A program made the translations under genes and the position numbers. Under the pieces are notes generated by a model, which ran no database searches, had not been told where the DNA came from, and worked only from the letters and a program-made list of their open reading frames with translations. From NCBI GenBank assembly GCA_964016885.1, contig OZ024741.1, positions 227,974,001 to 228,038,000 of the forward strand: a DNA stretch of 64,000 nt. The letters run 5' to 3'. Positions 39,691 to 52,847 of the stretch are shown piece after piece; positions within the stretch are counted from its first letter, which is position 1; each line of letters opens with the position of its first letter. This DNA is from Eledone cirrhosa (Eukaryota).

Positions 39691-41479
39691 TCGCCACTTG
39701 ACTTTCTTTTGCTTCATGAGTGCAGCTCATGGATATTTGGGCGATTGATTATATTATTAGTAAATTTAAGTTAAATTTAAATCATATCAGTTAAGACAGA
39801 CTAACCTTGTTCTAATATAATTCTTACCAACGCGTTCAAGCCGTAAACGTCATAACTATGCCTAAACTATAGTCTACGTAGAAATAAATTACCCAATGCG
39901 CGCTTCCATTTTTAAGGTGGTAGAGAATGGTTTGAGATTTGGTTAAAATCGTCGCGCGATCATACCCGGATTAACGCCACCACCTGGCTCTAGGTTCCCT
40001 TTAATTAAGTTTATTTTAATGCAAGCATTCGGGCTACATCTCCGGTGTCGGGATATCCTTCTCTTGCTCTCAAACTAATCGTTATTGGTATTGCCTTTTT
40101 ATCCTTGACTAAATACTGGTTTCTAATTTTGACACAAGGCCAGTCATTTTGGAGGAAGGTGAAAAGCGATGTAAATAGTCCCAGTACTTGATTGGTACTT
40201 TATTTCATCGATTTCGTAAGAATGAAAGACAAAGTTGACCGTGACGGAGTTTGAACTGATTTTCATAAACAACTTAAGTTTCATGATGTTAGTCTTTCAG
40301 TGGGTGAATTTGATTATTGGAGGTAATTCAATCGTGTTAGATCAACCTCATTCATCAATTGGTGTTTTTTTTTTTTTTTTTTTTTTTTTAGTGTGTACAC
40401 TGATAGACTTTTGTTTAACATGAGTGAATTACCTCCAATAATGTTTTCTTATATCGGCACAAGGTCAGCAATTTTGGGGGAGGGGAAAATCGATTAAATA
40501 GACTCCAGTACGTTACTGGTGCCTTATTTTATCGACCCCGTAAGGATGAAAGGCAAAGTTAACCTCGGCAGGATTTGAACTCAGATCATAAAGGGCCGTA
40601 ACTCTATGCTGCAAAGCATGGCGTCTGACCCTCTGCGGCAAGATGAAGGTCAATTTAAATAGGAGAGAAATAATAGGAGAGCCAGGTAGTGGAGAAAAGA
40701 GGTGAGAAAGTGGTATTTGAAGGAATCAAAACTTATTCTTAATCTAGCATTGTTAGATAGCATCTAGCAACAGCCTTGACGGGGATGCATCTTTTTGGTC
40801 ATGCAGCCTAACAGTAATAACAGCCAATTCTCTCTCAAATAATACTTTGTTCGAACCATGACTTCCTCGTTTAATTTTTTTTTTCAAGCGTTGTAAATCT
40901 CTGGATTTATTACCAAATGTGTCCATCTTTTAAGATTGTGTATGATTTAAGGGAGATTTGGTTCTTATTTCTAATAGGTTTTAGAGACCACATAGATAAT
41001 CGTTCGTTGGTTAAAAGCAATATTCATATGTGACAAAAAATGCACCTTTGAATTGTGCAATTTATCTAACGGGCTTCCACGCAGATTCTAACTACACAAT
41101 TTCACTTACAACGTTTGTATCAACCAGATACTTGTAGTCAATGACACTTGCCCAAGTTCGCATGCAACTTGGTCGAATCTGTGACCGCCTTATTTTCATC
41201 CTAAGAGCTGAGGTAGCCCAAAACTATCGCCATTTAAATGTCATATGGTACCTCTTCCTACTGGCGACTTGGAGAACCAAACTAATGCATGACGTCGTGA
41301 GCTCAAAGTTAAAACTGATTTCTACCAAACCTATCATGAAAGGCAATCCAACCGTGACCCCTATCATTTTAGTACTTATTTGTTTCAGAGGATATGGTGT
41401 AATTTGAGAGACAAAACGTTGCCAACAAAGTGACAAGGCAGACGCTCGCTTGCAAACTCGTTCATATAAAAGTCTAGAA

Positions 41480-41726
41480 TAGCGTTTCTCAACCGGTTTT
41501 CTCCGTAACCTTAGGATTCCACAAGAGATCGCTCGGTGTCTGCAAGAAACTGTGATATATAAGCTAATGCATTTTTCTTCGATTTTATATTCGTAATTTT
41601 ACTATATATGTAGGGCATATTGTTGGAAAATCCTTGGTTATAGGATATATATAATTGCTTTTGCAGAAGTTCCATCAAACATGAAAATTAAGGGTTCCAC
41701 AAGGATAAAAAGGTTGAGAAACGGTG
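41480..41726. mobile_element. hAT (Charlie-type) MITE
   Basis: TIRs tagcgtttctcaacc / ggttgagaaacggtg; 8-bp TSD gtctagaa / gtctggaa fits the NTCTAGAN preference. Confidence 0.75.
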
Positions 41727-41914
41727 GTCTGGAATATATATAAAACGAAATAGCTACAAGGAAATTTGAACACACGGTGAGAACCGGTAAAAATCTCAAC
41801 ACAGCCACCACTCGGCCATTTTCTTTTTAAATTCAGTCAGCTAATATTACGTGCACGCATATGCATACACGTGAAAACACACACGCTCACAGAGGCAAAG
41901 AGACAATATAAATG

Positions 41915-41979
<65 letters not shown>

Positions 41980-42029
41980 GTGTGTGTGTGTATACCTATA
42001 GGTACATATATTATAATTTATATACATAC

Positions 42030-42091
<62 letters not shown>

Positions 42092-42239
42092 TTGTGTGTG
42101 CGATTGAAGAGCATCGTTTATTGATCAGGTACTTCAAAACAGTACCTAAGCTAAAATATCGATTATTTCCAAAGGTTGTCGGTTGTTGTAGCGTGCAATG
42201 CACCACGAAATATCTCTGGTTCGTAAATATTCCCCCCCC

Positions 42240-42546
42240 CGCTCTCTCTCTCTCTCACTCTCTCTCTCTTTCTCTTTACCTCTCTCTTTACCTCTCTCTT
42301 TACCTCTCTCTGTGCCTCTCTCTCTTTACTTTTCTATACCTCGCTCTCTCTATCTCTCTTTTTCTCTCTCTAAACCTCTCTATCTCTCTATCACTCTCTT
42401 TACCTCACTCTATACCCCCCTCTCTCTCTCTATATATATATATATCTCTTTACACCCTCTATACCTCGCTCTCTCTATCTCTCTTTCTCTCTCTCTAAAC
42501 GTCTCTATCTCTCTATCTCTCTCTTTACCTCACTCTATACCCCCCC

Positions 42547-42578
<32 letters not shown>

Positions 42579-42675
42579 CTTTACACCCTCTATACCTCGC
42601 TCTCTCTATCTCTCTTTCTCTCTCTCTAAACCTCTCTATCTCTCTATCTCTCTCTTTACCTCACTCTATACCCCC

Positions 42676-42715
<40 letters not shown>

Positions 42716-42880
42716 CTTTACACCCTCTATACCTCGCTCTCTCTATCTCTCTTTCTCTCTCTCTAAAATTCTCTCTCACTATCTCACTCTTTACCTCTGT
42801 ACCTCTCTGTCTCTTTCTCTCTCTATTTCTCTCTTTATCTCACTCTATACCCCCTCTCCCTCCTTCTCTCCTTTCCCTCT
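42240..42880. repeat. CT-rich compound minisatellite with ~125-bp higher-order units
   Basis: tttacctcactctataccccc...tttacaccctctatacctcgc repeated 3-4 times. Confidence 0.85.
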
Positions 42881-42999
42881 GCATATTAAATCGAAGTTGA
42901 TAGTGATCAGAATTTTATAAATCAGCGTTCTTTGATTGATTTGAAATAAAAATGGAATATTTAAGAATGTAGAAATAATGAAGAATACCTACTTAGAAT

Positions 43000-43350
43000 G
43001 GAGTGGTAGTGGTGGAGGTGTTGTTGTTGGTGGTGGTGGTGGTTATGGTGGTGGTAGTGGTGGTGGTGTTGGTGGTGGTAGTGGTGGTGGTGGTGGTACT
43101 GGTAGTTATGGTGGTGGTGGTGGTGGTTGTGGTGGTGTTTGTTGTGCAGGTTGTGGTGGTGGTTGTTTTAGTGGTTGTGGTGATGTTGGTGGTTATGGTG
43201 GTGGTGGTGGTTTTTGTGATCGTGGTGGTGGTGGTGGTTATGGTGGTGATGGTTATGGTGGTGCTGGTTGTGGTGTTGGTGTTGGTGGTAGTGGTGGTTG
43301 TGGTGTTGGTGTTGGTGGTAGTGGTGGTGATGGTGGTAGTGGTGGTGGTA
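43000..43350. repeat. (GGT)n degenerate trinucleotide tract
   Basis: Direct reading. Confidence 0.9.
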
Positions 43351-43431
43351 TAGACCCTATGTCGTTATTATATACCCACCTAGATCAATACATCAGCAGA
43401 TCTCTTTCATTCTCTCTCTTTCTCTCTCTAA

Positions 43432-43505
<74 letters not shown>

Positions 43506-43520
43506 AATATATATATGTAT

Positions 43521-43585
<65 letters not shown>

Positions 43586-43681
43586 CAGATATATACATGT
43601 GTGTATATATATATATAAATATATATTTATACACACATATATATATGGCTGTATCTATAAATACAAATATATATATATATA

Positions 43682-45953
43682 TTGTTATAGTTTGGGAGGG
43701 TCATGTTGCCAATAAGAAACACACGCACCAGTTGCTTTCACTTCAATTTATTATAATAAATTTATAAATTTAGGAATTTATAAATTTCCGGTTGGTTGGT
43801 TGGTTCCACAACCAGATGGTTGTTTATATATTGTCAAAGTTCTTTCGTCACACATTCTGTGACCTCTTCAGTGACTGGGGATTCTTATCTTTGTGTTTTG
43901 TGCCTCTCCTTTGTTCTGTCCTACGCCATCTTGTTTTTGTGTGTATGTTGTGTGCTTAGTTTGCGCATGTGTTACACCCGGGTGTCTGTGTGTGTTTATA
44001 TTCGTTTATTTATATGTTTATTTACATGTTACTGGTTGTTTGTTTGTTCTATGTGCGTGTGTGTTTTCATTTTGTCCTTAATTGTAAGTTGTGATGTTGC
44101 TGTTCCACTCATGTTTTCTATTTAATTTTGGTTGTAATTCATTTATGTTTATTGCCTCTGTGATTTGTCTAAACATTGCGTCTTTTCTGTGTGTAGATTC
44201 TATTTTTATTTCTATGTTCTCTAATTTACCCTTATGTTCTATTTTAGCATGTTGGTAGAGTACAGATGATTCTTTACTATCTTGAAAGTCTCGCCAGTGT
44301 TCATTTATCCGTTCCTCTATACTACGATCGGTCTCACCTATGTACACTATATTTTTATCTCTACATTGTCCTTCAGTACATCTTATGCTATATACTACAT
44401 TTCTAGTTTTACAGTTAATATGGGGTCTTAATTTACAGATTATAGATTTCTTATCTATACAGGGAGGTCTTTGAAAAGGGTATGTATTGCTAAAAAGTGT
44501 TTTTATGGAGGTACCTGGTCTTTCTACTATCTTAATATTGAGTTTATGTTTATCTAGGGCCCTTCTAAATTTGTAAGCTAATTCAACTCTAGGGGTTGTA
44601 TCGATGAACATTACACTCTGGTATTTATTGCTATCATACCATGAGTTTATTCTATTAACCTTATTCCTAGTTCTTTCTATTCTATTCAAAAATTTTCTCC
44701 TATAAAAGGGCAGGTCCCATTTGTATCATTATTTACCATTTTTTCCCATTTGCTTCTGGCTCCTCTATATACTCTGATTTTATCACTCTGATTGTAACCA
44801 GAGAACTGCATACGGTGGATGAAGTGTTGTATGTGTCTCTCTAGTTCTTTGGGGTTGCCCATGCAGGACACGTTTCTCATCACCCGTACCAAATCCGCAA
44901 TTAGTATGTTGATTTTGGTGTGATCCGAAACAGCTGAGTTTCGGTGGATCAGATATTTGGAAGTCATGGGTTTGGCATAATGGGAATGGAGGATTTGTTT
45001 TTTGTTATTAATGGTTTCTAACCAGAGCTCTGTGTCTAGTACAGGTAATCGATGGTTGGGGTGTTTGCTTGGGTAGTCTATAGTAACTCTAATACTCTGG
45101 TGGATGGAGTTAGCTATTTGCTGGATGCTTTCCATTGTGTTTTTCTCTAATTCCTGACTGTTCTCTAGTGGGGGTGTTTTAACTATGATGTTTATATCAT
45201 CAACGTAGCGGGAGTACATTATCAGGGTTAAGGGGTCTTCTAATTGTTCTTTAAGTTTAAGTTTAAGTCTACTGTCCCACCATACCATGAATAGGTTAGC
45301 TATGTCGCCTGCAATGCTAACACCAATGGCTGCTCCCTCCTCTTGGGCATATGTTTTTCCATTAAATTTGAACATATGTTCCTTAAGGGTTAATTTTATG
45401 CTGGCCCCCACCGCATGTGCAATCATGTTCTTTAGTTCCTCGTGGTTTTCGGGGGTCCGTATGGCTCTGGTCCACCCGTTCCATCTAACTGTGTGGGTTT
45501 TCTTGGTCATTGAGGTAATGGTAGGTGATCTGCCTCTTGCTGGTCTTGTAGGGCACAGGTTGCTAAGGTCATATGTGTCTAGATAATTATTACTATAGGT
45601 AAGTTTAAGTAGGAGTCCCAGCTCACTGGTATCAATCCCACGGAATTCACATTGCTCTCACTGATCATTTCTACGCATTTATCCACAGCAAAATCCACGT
45701 CAATAGATGGATACAGGGACACAACATCCATACTACCTATTATGCAGTTTGTTAGGTCCCTAGATCGGTTACTCTCGCCGATTCTGCTTAGGAGGTCCTC
45801 CGTGCTGTCACATACATCTGGGGACATTTCAATGATCGGGCATATGATCAGAGAGAGGAAGTAGGACAGTCTGTAGTTACTAGCAATGTTAGCTCCACAG
45901 ACTGGCCGTGTTGGTGGTCCTGTGACAGGGTCACTGCTCGTTTTATGGTCTTT
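43682..45953 (-). mobile_element. 5'-truncated Penelope-like element: RT + GIY-YIG endonuclease ORF (44078-45953, two frameshifts) and 3' pLTR (43682-44077)
   Basis: RPVCG, SMDVVSLYPSI, QEEGAAIG...IANLFM, YSRYVDD, LPVLD, NVVYSIRC...YIGETDRSIEERINEH, EAINI...P.LN. Confidence 0.92.
43833..43875 (-). ncRNA. Hammerhead ribozyme motif in the Penelope pLTR
   Basis: gtca-CTGAAGA-g-GTCACA-gaatg-TGTGAC-GAAA-gaactt-tgac, in the same sense as the ORF. Confidence 0.65.
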
Positions 45954-46044
45954 TACTTAAATACTTAAATATCGGTTTCAACACACGTTTTCAGATAAAG
46001 AATCTTGCTAAACAAATTCAGAAACGAAATATATATATATAAAT

Positions 46045-46125
<81 letters not shown>

Positions 46126-46183
46126 AGAAGAAGTTTATGAAACGGAAATGCAACTACTTAGTAACATTGGAATACAAATTTAC

Positions 46184-46247
<64 letters not shown>

Positions 46248-46251
<4 letters not shown>

Positions 46252-47248
46252 TATGTATACGTACATACATATATGTATACAGGCGTACAGTAGTATGTAT
46301 ATATATATACATGCACACACATATATATGTACGTATGGATTCACCGAACATTTATTATAATGCTCGGTGTGTTTGTAAACAAACATCCCGAATTAAGCGG
46401 TACAGTGTTTAGCAACCATCGTTGCCCTTTTGCTCAACACTGACAAAGGAACGATGTACTAGTTTCAAGCTTATTAGTTATCGTCAGCACCGTATACCTT
46501 CCTGCCAGATGATTGAACGTCTGAAAGTATATACTTTCCGTATGCATATTAACGGCTGAGCAGCCTAATTTGTATATCGAGTGAGTTAATCGGCCGGGCG
46601 CATCGAGAACGATAAATCGAAAAATGAAACGAAATTTCATTTCTCACTCTTAGTACGGCTGTTACTTAAATATAAGTATGTATACGTACATACATATATA
46701 TGTATACAGACGTACAGTAGTATGTATATATATACATACATGCACACATATATATATGTACGTATGAATTTACCGAACATTTATTTTAATGCTCGGTTTG
46801 TTGGTAAACAAACATCCCGAATTAAGCCGTACAGTGTTAAGCAACCATCGTTGCCCTTTTGTTCAACACTGACAAAGGAACGATGTACTAGCTTCTAGCT
46901 TATTAGCTATCGTCAGCACCGTATACCTTCCTGCCAGATGATTGAACGTCTGAAAGTATATACTTTCCTTATGCATATTAACGGTAACTTATGCAAGTAA
47001 CAGCCGTACTAAGAGTGAGAAATGAAATTTCGTTTCATTTTTTCCATTTATCGTTTTCGGTGCGCCCGGCCGATTAACTCACTCGATATGCAAATTAGGC
47101 TGCTCATCCGTTAATATGCATAAGGAAAGTATATACTTTCAGACGTTCAATCATCTTGCAGGAAGGTATACGGTGCTGACGATAGATAATAAGCTTGAAA
47201 CTAGTACATCGTTCCTTTGTCAGTGTTGAACAAAAGGGAAACGATGGT
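46248..47248. mobile_element. Non-coding element in partial-tandem plus inverted arrangement (PLE-like), with three hammerhead copies
   Basis: 46248-46553 is repeated directly at 46672-46984; inverted copy at 46995-47248. Confidence 0.85.
47171..47211 (+). ncRNA. Minimal type I hammerhead ribozyme (- strand copies at 46452-46492 and 46881-46921)
   Basis: CGGTG-CTGACGA-[consensus TAGCT-aata-AGCTA; imperfect in this copy]-GAAA-CTAG-TA-CATCG; palindromic helix III ACTAGT; GUA site at 47206. Confidence 0.72.
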
Positions 47249-47675
47249 AAACCATGGAGGACGGTGCTTGGATTTTCTTCCTTGTTGAAAATGCAAGTAC
47301 CGGCCTCCATGGTTTACCATTCGATTAATTGGTGAAATATATTTCTTTAATGGAATATATATAGGGAAGATTAATCATATCATAAGGTATCTATTTTCGA
47401 AGTTCTGGTTAACTTTATTTAGTTACCTACCTAGCTATGTGTGCTTACACACTTGTAAAAATTATCTCCTGTGATTATTCATGTTCATTTATATGTTAAT
47501 CAATTTCTAGTTATTATAAAATGCTCGGACCTATTCGTTAGAATCTTAGAGCTTATTTTGCGGGTGATATGGCGCATGTCTTTCTGGCATGACACCCATA
47601 ATTTTGATTATCTTAATTTTGTATATATATATATATATATATATATAGTTGTTTATGCATGTATGCATTTATATT

Positions 47676-47711
<36 letters not shown>

Positions 47712-48027
47712 ATGGAGAAAATTAAAATGTGAATGTCTTTAGGTAGATGTATGTACTTGTGGGTATCATAATTTCCCATAATATACTGTTCTTCTTGTAT
47801 CCGTTTACATGCAACATATATCTCTGAGTTTGTGTCTGTATATGTGTCTATGTGATTGCGTGATTTTATGAGCATGTATGTGCATGGAGGTATATGTTAG
47901 CTGTTATATCGTTATTTTTAATTATTTACTCGCATGTTATATCGCTATTTACATATTTACTCGCATGGATACGCACTAATCCATAGACCCCCCCCCCCAC
48001 ACACACACATACATATATATATATATC

Positions 48028-48280
48028 AAAAGTGACACAGAGGAGACTGAGGTTGGCTGGACATGCTCACCGACATCCAGAGTTGACATTGCACTCAGTG
48101 CTCCTTTGGGAGCCCCTACATGGACACACTAGAAGAGGAAGACCAAGGTTAACATATGTTGATGCCCTAAGGACAGACACTGGTCTGTTGGAGATGCAGG
48201 ATATGGCAGCGATAATGAGGGACAGAGACCGCTGGAGAGAACTCGTCCATGGATCTCGGGAATTTTACCCGCCTTAGAGA
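48028..48280 (+). mobile_element. RTE-clade LINE 3' end
   Basis: QRRLRLAGHAHRH...LLWEPLHGHTRRGRPRLTYVD...MRDRDRWR; flanked by TA repeats. Confidence 0.85.
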
Positions 48281-48308
48281 TATATATAAAAGATAGGTTG
48301 CGGTATAA

Positions 48309-48458
48309 TACCAGGTGGACCATAACCCTCCAGAGTACTCGATACTTGGCGTAGTAGAGTAGATAACATGATCCAAATCGATCTAGCTGTCGATCATGTT
48401 ACCTACTCTACTACCCCAAGTATTGAGTACTCTGGTGGGTTATCGTCCACCTGGTATT
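48309..48458. repeat. 150-bp imperfect palindrome
   Basis: aataccaggtggac... / ...gtccacctggtatt; related to 38450-38510. Confidence 0.85.
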
Positions 48459-48462
48459 TTAC

Positions 48463-48496
<34 letters not shown>

Positions 48497-48501
<5 letters not shown>

Positions 48502-48830
48502 AGAAAAGGAAAAATCAGTGATGCATCTGGACTTAATTTATTGCGTGTTACAATTGTTTCGCCGGCAGGTAACTCGAGACATGGTCCCTGTATGGATCTG
48601 GCTGATTTTACGGCTGCAGGTTTTTTCATACACGTGTATTTCGTTCGGAGCAAATTTTATCACAGTGATAAAATTTGCTCCGAACGAAATACCCGGTCTG
48701 AAAGAACCTGCAGCCGTAAAATCAGCCAGATCCATACAGGGACCATGTCTCGAGTTACCTGCCGGCAAAACAATTGTAACACGCAATAAATTAAGTCCAG
48801 ATGCATCACTGATTTTTCGTTTTCTTTATA
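48497..48830. repeat. 334-bp near-perfect palindrome
   Basis: Centre at 48664 (atcac-a-gtgat); few mismatches and one indel. Confidence 0.95.
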
Positions 48831-48912
48831 CTATCTACACTCTACTCTGTTGAATATCGAGTGCTAATTTTGGCATACCTTCTAAGGAAGAACCATAGCT
48901 ACCATTATACAC

Positions 48913-48978
<66 letters not shown>

Positions 48979-49067
48979 TTAAACAAGGTTCAATGAATAA
49001 ATCAAATGAATAAAGTTTTACAATAGATTAGAAGCACTCGACAGTTTTTGGTTTTCCGGTGTTATTA

Positions 49068-49185
49068 ATATTAATTCAAAATATTAACAAAAATAGACAT
49101 TCGTGTGATCAAGTATATTTCATCTTATATATAAAATATACTTGATCACACGAATGTCTATTTTTGTTAATATCTTGAATTAATA
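49068..49185. repeat. Short family D palindrome lacking the ribozyme-bearing centre
   Basis: Arms match the outer arms of 39267-39601. Confidence 0.88.
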
Positions 49186-49624
49186 TATATATATATATAT
49201 ATATATGATTTCTACAGGACAAGAATTGCTTCATTTGTGATGATTTCATACGAATAAAATTGTTCTGGTCATGTAAAAGTAATTTCTATATATAATAAAG
49301 ATGGCTATACTCTACACATGCATGTATTGAGTACCTTTATAAACTGTTTTACCCACCGACACAACTCAGGAACCTACATATTATATATATATACGTTGTT
49401 TATTTTAAAAAAACACACAAAAAGTACTCAATACATGGTGTAAAGTGTAATTATATATATTCTGCTGGTGTTCTATTAATCAAATAATCATGGTCATTAA
49501 AATTACAGCAGAAGAAATATAGTTATATGCGTGTATGTATGTGCGCGTGTGTTTATGTGTGTGTGGATATGTCTGCACTAACTGTATTACTCTACTCAAT
49601 GTTTGTTTTCTTATTACCCAACAG

Positions 49625-49768
49625 AATTCAAGGAAGCCTTCGACCTGTTTGATAAAGATGGTGACGGTGCGATCACAACCAAGGAACTTGGTACTGTGAT
49701 GCGTTCATTGGGACAAAATCCATCCGAGTCAGAACTCCAAGACATGATCAATGAAGTTGATGTTGATG
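49625..49768 (+). CDS. CaM: Calmodulin-like gene, 144-nt exon (EF-hand 1 and start of EF-hand 2)
   Basis: acAG acceptor and G|GTAAGT donor; [48 protein letters not shown]. Confidence 0.97.
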
Positions 49769-49899
49769 GTAAGTGTTTCAGTTCAATCTCACTCTTGTTA
49801 TTTCTGATGCAATCCTTTGATTGATTTCAACTGAATTGTCTAGAAATATAGACATATAATTGCCACGAAAGACAGGCATAATTGCAACAACAAGAATAA

Positions 49900-50635
49900 T
49901 ATTGATTTCTACTATAGGCACAAGGCCAGCAATTTGGGGATGGGAAAGTCAATTAAATCGACCCCAGTGCATTACTGGTGCTTTATTTTATCGACCCCGT
50001 AAGGATGAAAGGCAAAGCTAACCTCGGCGGGATTTTAACTCAGACCATAAAGGGCCGTAACTCAATGCTTCAAAGCATGTTGTCCTATGCTCTACCGATA
50101 CTGCCAATCCACCCCCACAAAAAAAACAATAACCTTTTAATATAGGCACAGGACCAGCAGTTTTCTAGGGGGGAAACATTGGTTATATCAATCTCAGAAC
50201 TTCACTGGTACTTTACTTTATCGACACTGGAGAAATGAAAGACGAAATTGACCTCAGTGGGATTTAAACTCAGAACGTAACTAAATTCGTTACAAAATAC
50301 CGCAACGCATATTGTCTGATACTTTATCGATAGTGCCAATCCAATACATTAATAATTGTTTCTATTTTGGCACAAAATTAACCAGTACTTTATTTTATCG
50401 ACCCAGTAAGGATGAAAGGCAAAGTTAACCTCGGTGGGATTTGAACTCAGACGGTAAAAGGGCGTAACTCTATGTTGCAAAGCATGGCGTCTGACGCTCT
50501 ACCCATACTGCCAATCCACCGCCCTTAATAATATTAATGGTTTATAATCGAGGATAGAGCCAACATTACTGGTGTTTTATTGTTTCGACCCCGAAAGAAT
50601 GAAAGCAAAGCTTACCTTGACTGGATTTGAACTCA
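49900..50635 (-). mobile_element. Cluster of four OK-like SINEs of differing divergence
   Basis: Repeated core and B-box motifs at ~49900-50113, 50135-50343, 50353-50523 and 50540-50635. Confidence 0.82.
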
Positions 50636-50639
50636 GTAA

Positions 50640-50717
50640 TAGTAATAATGATTTCTTTATTCACCACAAAGGGTTTACATTAAGAAAATATTAGGACGAC
50701 ACAAGACGAAAACATAA

Positions 50718-50752
<35 letters not shown>

Positions 50753-51310
50753 ATGTGTATGTGTGTGTTGGTGTGTGGGCAAGTGCCCTGTCCTAGATGT
50801 CCTCCACCAATCTACATACACATACACACAGAGTGGGCCCATTCACTCGAGCCATGCTGGCCTCTCTCATCCACCTTCCAACAAAATGGTTGGAAGGCAA
50901 CACTTCCCTTTCTACCCTGATTTCCTCTTCAGGTGAAACCTGAAAAAGTTAAACATAAAAAAGCAATACAAAAACAAGTACAATGGAGGTTTACATAAAA
51001 TTGGGTAAAAAAGATAACAGAATACAAAACAATAAAATTCCCCAGTAGGAAGGGTACCACCCCGAGGTGACTTAGGAAACCCCCGATCCTAACACCCAAG
51101 AGCACCCTATGAGGGTTCCGTCTCCTCTCTAAACTCTCCAGCCTACAGGCGTATGGTCAGAATAGCTCCATTCACTCAGGCCATCTTCACTACATTCTGT
51201 CTTTTAACAAATGTACTGGGTGGAAGCAGCAATTCCTTCTCCACTCTCACCTTCAATTCTAAGTGGAACTTGAAAAGGTTGATGAAAGTTTCCGTGTTTT
51301 GGAGAGTTTG
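50640..51310 (-). mobile_element. L1/Tx1-type LINE 3' end
   Basis: FINLFKFHLELKVRVEKE...FVKR...VNGAILTIRL*, with a 3' UTR ending aataaagaaa plus a (TTA)-type tail; similar tail at 55323-55445. Confidence 0.6.
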
Positions 51311-51873
51311 TTTCGAACCGGCAGTGCCTCCCGGTAGCACTGCCAAGCCAAGGATTTCTGGAAGTTGTCGATAGTTCCCGACTCGAAAGTTCTCCGGAAC
51401 TCTCAACTACACACACCACACATTTTTGTGCTATATTTAACATTAGTTTACTTTGAGCGGAGTGTTTCCAGTTACCCTAGAACGGGAAGTTATCTTCAAA
51501 TGAAAGTAAACACAAAATGAAAAATCTTTTATTTATCGCAAGTATTGAGATAGATGTCCAAACTTTTTGAAATCTCATATTTTTAAAATAAACCATAAAA
51601 GACACAGTTCATTCAGTATAATTGTTACCTCCTAGTTTTATTCACTTCTACAATGGGCCAATGAGGAAAGATCTACATGTCGCTCGGCTTGCAAAATATA
51701 CCAGCTAAATCTCCATCAAATTACACCCTGAAGTTCTAATGAAACACACAATGGGTAATATTGAGCAAAGTACACGATAACTAAAAATGACAGGATGATC
51801 ATCATTGGAATGTCTGTAATTATTACTCTTCTCACCCAGAACACAACTATCACTGAAGACCTCTTTAAAAATA

Positions 51874-52082
51874 TTTAAAGAACATGGTAAATACAAGGAC
51901 CTTGAAACAAAGATTAACAGAATATGGCATCACAAAACAATTACATTACCTGCAATCATTGAGGTACTAGGAATCATATCCAAAGGAGCAAACAATTGTG
52001 TAACCCAAATTACTGGGTGCACTAACATCAGTGAATTGCAAGCAAAAATCTTTCTCGTAGATACTTCATATATTTTGTGCAA
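51874..52082 (+). mobile_element. Old R4-like RLE LINE C-terminal remnant
   Basis: KYKDLETKINRIWHHKTITLPAIIEVLGIISK...ISELQAKIFL...YIL; a similar, more decayed remnant lies at ~30850-31160. Confidence 0.65.
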
Positions 52083-52087
52083 CTAAA

Positions 52088-52369
<282 letters not shown>

Positions 52370-52729
52370 TAACCATTAAATCACAAAGCATTCATTGATT
52401 TTCCTTTTATTTGGCCATTGCTTTCTCAATCTCTCTCTCCACCTTTCTCTCCTTATCTACTCTATCTATCGCCGTCAATAACGCCCTCGCCCATACTCAT
52501 TCTCTTTCCCCTCTCTCTATTTCTTTTCTGTCATGGTGCGTGGCTTAGTGTGACAAAGTTGGATACGCAATCGGGAGGTTGCGAGAGCGCTTTCCAGACC
52601 GGGTGATACGTTATGTCTTTGAGCAAAACACTTTTTTTTCGTGTTGCTATTTCTGCCGGAAGTTGCGACCAGTAAACGAGTGATATCTGGGATCTTGTCG
52701 GTCAATTAAAGAAAAGAATAGGCGTGGCT

Positions 52730-52777
<48 letters not shown>

Positions 52778-52818
52778 CACCTTTTCTCACCTACTATTTT
52801 TCTCTTTCTCTTTTACAG

Positions 52819-52847
52819 AATTTGTGAAAATGATGACATCAAAATGA
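52819..52847 (+). CDS. CaM: Calmodulin-like gene, last coding exon (E-FVKMMTSK*)
   Basis: ttttacAG acceptor and TGA at 52845-52847. ATG+31+144+243+29 = 450 nt = 149 aa plus stop. Candidate AATAAA at 53062-53067. Confidence 0.95.

Noticed and set aside
42978-43472. Gly/Cys/Tyr-rich ORF resembling a structural protein
   Set aside because: It is a degenerate (GGT)n tract inside the CaM intron running into (TA)n, with no signal peptide or exon boundaries.
48538-48789. Twin near-identical ORFs on opposite strands
   Set aside because: A direct consequence of the palindrome; no protein similarity recognised.
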